Positions 61,354 through 64,000 of a stretch of DNA of 64,000 bases are shown here, one piece after another (the first letter of the stretch is position 1; every line of letters starts with the position of its first letter). Under the pieces are notes generated by a model. The model searched no databases. It was not told where the DNA came from and was given only the letters and a program-made list of their open reading frames with translations. This stretch comes from Somniosus microcephalus (lineage: Eukaryota). The stretch spans positions 87,916,001 to 87,980,000 of the forward strand of contig CM126216.1 of assembly GCA_052327205.1 (NCBI GenBank), in the 5' to 3' direction. The translations under genes and the position numbers were made by a program.

Positions 61354-61761
61354 GCCCGCTGTGAGGGAATGGCCTGTGGGAATGAGCGCACCTGAAGGCA
61401 GCCGCTCCGGAAGCCGTCAGCCGGTTAACGCAGCAAACACTTGAAACATGACACCTGGACAAGCTGAATAAATAAAAACCTTTATTTAACAAACTGAGGC
61501 CCCTTCCCACATGAAACTCAAAAACACAGAACACACCCAAAAAACAGTCACAAACATATGTCACTCCCCCAACCTGGGGAGGACTAACAAAAGTTGCCCA
61601 TCCACATGGCCTTCAACATTGGCCGTAACAAAAAAAGGGCCCCCCTCGCCAATAGAAAGACCCCCATAAAAACAAAAAATGCCTTCAATTTCGGCCATCC
61701 ACAAAAATCAGCCCCCAAAACACAATCCCCCCCATATGTACAATGCCACAGAGACCACACT

Positions 61762-63571
61762 CTAGCGGCTGTGCCGAGAGGGCGAGTCCTTAGAGAGCCT
61801 TCCCCGGCCCCTGCCCGGCCTGCTGCTCCGCCTCAACGTGGGCCCTGTGGCGGCCTCAAGGCTGGGGGAAGGCTCATGAGGGCCCCCATGCGTCGCGACA
61901 GATGCCCTTGGGGGTCGGCCAACACGACGCACGTCCCGGGAGGGGCCGGCTGCTGACTGCTTCGGCTGTGGCTGGCCAGCATCAGTGGCAGCAGCAGCTC
62001 CTCGCACCCTGGCTGGGGGAGTGGCAGTGTCGGATGCTCCAAGGGGGGGCAAGCTGGCTGCTGCCAGGCGCGCGAGGCTCAGCAGACACAGTGGCAGTCG
62101 TCCGGCCTGGCAGTTCAGCTGGCGCAGCTATGTGCTGGAGGCCAGCCCGCTGTGTTGCAGCAGGGCGGCGGGTGCGGGTGCGACGCCTCTGCGTCAAAGC
62201 GAGTGTGGCAGAAGTCAGTGACCGCACTGCCCGGGTATGTGCCTCCAGCTGCTGTGACAGTGTGTCGAAGGAACCACCTCTCTGGCGACTCTCCTCCTGC
62301 AGTGCCGCGAGTAGTTCGACCCCCCTGGCGTGCACTGCGGCCAGTTGCTCAACCCCCCTGGCCTGTGATTGGCCGAATGCTGCCACACTCTGAGCCAGGG
62401 ACTCGATGGCGTGCGGCATCTGCTGCACAACCCCCATGAACTCATGGTGGCGCCGGTCAGACGCCACCGAGATCTCTTGCAGGAGGCGCACCTCCTGGCC
62501 GAGGCCACTCTCCGGACTGGAGAGAGGACTCTGCAGCTGGGGAGAAGCCGGCCGAGCTGGCCGACCCCTGTCGCCTGCCTGGACCCCACTGCAAGCAGGA
62601 TCTGCCCTCCCCTGCAACACCTCCCCCTGGCTCTCCTGCATGCCAGACGTCCCCCCTTCATTGCCATCCCCTGGCACGGCTGAGGGCTCGCCCGATGGCC
62701 CGGCTTCCTCCTCGTCCTGGACGTCCTCCTCCTCCAAGGGCCTGGCACCCGGCGCCTCAGGGACCACCTCCTCCTCAGCAGCTGAAAGCAGGAAGGCACA
62801 AGAGTAGCTTTAAAGTGAGGACAGGGCGTCAGCGAGGGACGCCTGAGCGGTGGCATTATGCGCATTTGTCCGTCAGTGGGAAAGGATTTAGATCGGAAGC
62901 ACTAGGGCAACGAGAGAGCTGCAAGCGGTCATCTCCTTACCAGTGGCTTCCAGCACAGGGTCCGCATCCCCGATGGCTACAGGGCCAGTCACCCGGGGAC
63001 GCAGGAGTCCAGCGACGCTCTCCTCCAGAGCACTTAGAGCCTGGTAGTGGGGCCGTCCACCACCGGTCTCCAGCCGGCTGCGCGCATTTCTTGCCAGCTT
63101 GGCCTGCAAGAGAAAGGACGGACTCTAAGGACAGTGTGGTGCCCTGTTGCTGTGTGTACTGCCTCCCATGGTGGAATAGCCTGGCCAGTGTGGTCAGTGC
63201 AGAAAGTGCTGCTGATGATCATGCCAGTGGCATTGCTGCGTGAGGAGGGCTGCCCATTATGCCTTTGAGGTCCCTTTGCCCATAGTGTGAGGCTCACATG
63301 CAAGGATGAGGAGGACAGTGGAAAGGGTACTCACCTTCACCAGCCGACAGAGGTCATTGAACTTTTTGCGGCACTGGTCCGCAGTCCTGGGCACATCTGA
63401 GTTTGAGGAGACCCTGCGTGCGATGCTCCTCCAGGCTTTCCTGAACTCTCTCCTGGGAGCCTTTCTGCCACTGTCCGGGCACAAGATGGGTCTTCTCTCC
63501 TGGACAGCATCAATCAGCACCCTCAGTGCATGGTCTGAGAAGCGCTGGGCTCTTTCACGGGCCATCTCCAT
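61762..63571 (-). CDS. Harbinger Myb/SANT-like protein, 3 exons (63571-63335, 63103-62941, 62781-61762), +1 frameshift in G7 run at 62043-62049
   Basis: RAQRFS..W..IA..V..RTADQCRKKFNDL; exon 1 and 2 sizes (237, 163 bp) identical to copy 1; the C-terminus continues in ORF 61762..62052. Confidence 0.82.
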
Positions 63572-64000
63572 CTGTTCTGGCGCTATTTTGTCCCACCAGC
63601 ACTGTTGAGGCCTAGCAGCAGGGCTCCAGTGTGCAGGGCGTGGCAGCAGTCAAAGTTGACCCTTCCCCCTTTAAGAGCAGGCCGGCATCAGGGTGTCTGC
63701 TGTCAAGCAACACATGACCGCACCTGCGCTGCGCCCGGCATCGGCGTTATCAGGCCGCAGCGCCGGTTTAGCGCCGGAACCGAGCATTGCAACGCCGGTT
63801 TCAGCGCTCGCCAAAACTCTTGGCCAAATCCACTGAATTTCGGCGCGGTTGCCTGCAGTTTCCGGCGGGCGCTAAATTTACCGAACGCCCGACTTTAGCG
63901 CCCCAAAACTGTGCAAACTGAATTTCTAGGCCAGTGTCTTTCTTGGGCTCCTCTTTCTTCAGTTAGACTGTAATTAAAGATAAAATTTAGCTTCACCAAT

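Larger units (their letters stand above)
59702..63932 (+). mobile_element. Autonomous-type PIF/Harbinger transposon, copy 2 (related subfamily)
   Basis: Same TIR GGCCTAGAAATTCAG; TSD AGT (59699-59701, 63933-63935). Confidence 0.96.

Overview
Eukaryotic, repeat-dominated DNA. The repeat set (HE1-like V-SINE, Deu-domain SINEs, HER1/CR1 and L2 LINEs, Penelope-type hairpins) points to a cartilaginous fish (shark/ray); family names come from my recall, not a database search. No intact host protein-coding exon is recognisable, but a CpG-rich, triple-CCAAT/GC-box/YY1 promoter with a non-coding first exon lies at ~36.8-37.3 kb. Main mobile content: two full-length, oppositely oriented PIF/Harbinger transposons (28003-32443, 59702-63932), each with an open DDE transposase ORF and a convergent three-exon Myb/SANT-like gene; several Harbinger-type MITEs and derivatives; two decayed Gypsy LTR retrotransposons, each lacking one LTR; a 1.47-kb solo LTR; and a Tigger/pogo MITE resembling mammalian MER46C. 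Other notable features are a split, partly inverted processed ZRANB2 fragment, a perfect 162-bp inverted duplication, and hammerhead-like Penelope hairpins. I see no clearly new multi-gene system; the best leads are the Harbinger pair and its MITE network, the MER46C-like element and the ZRANB2 retrocopy.
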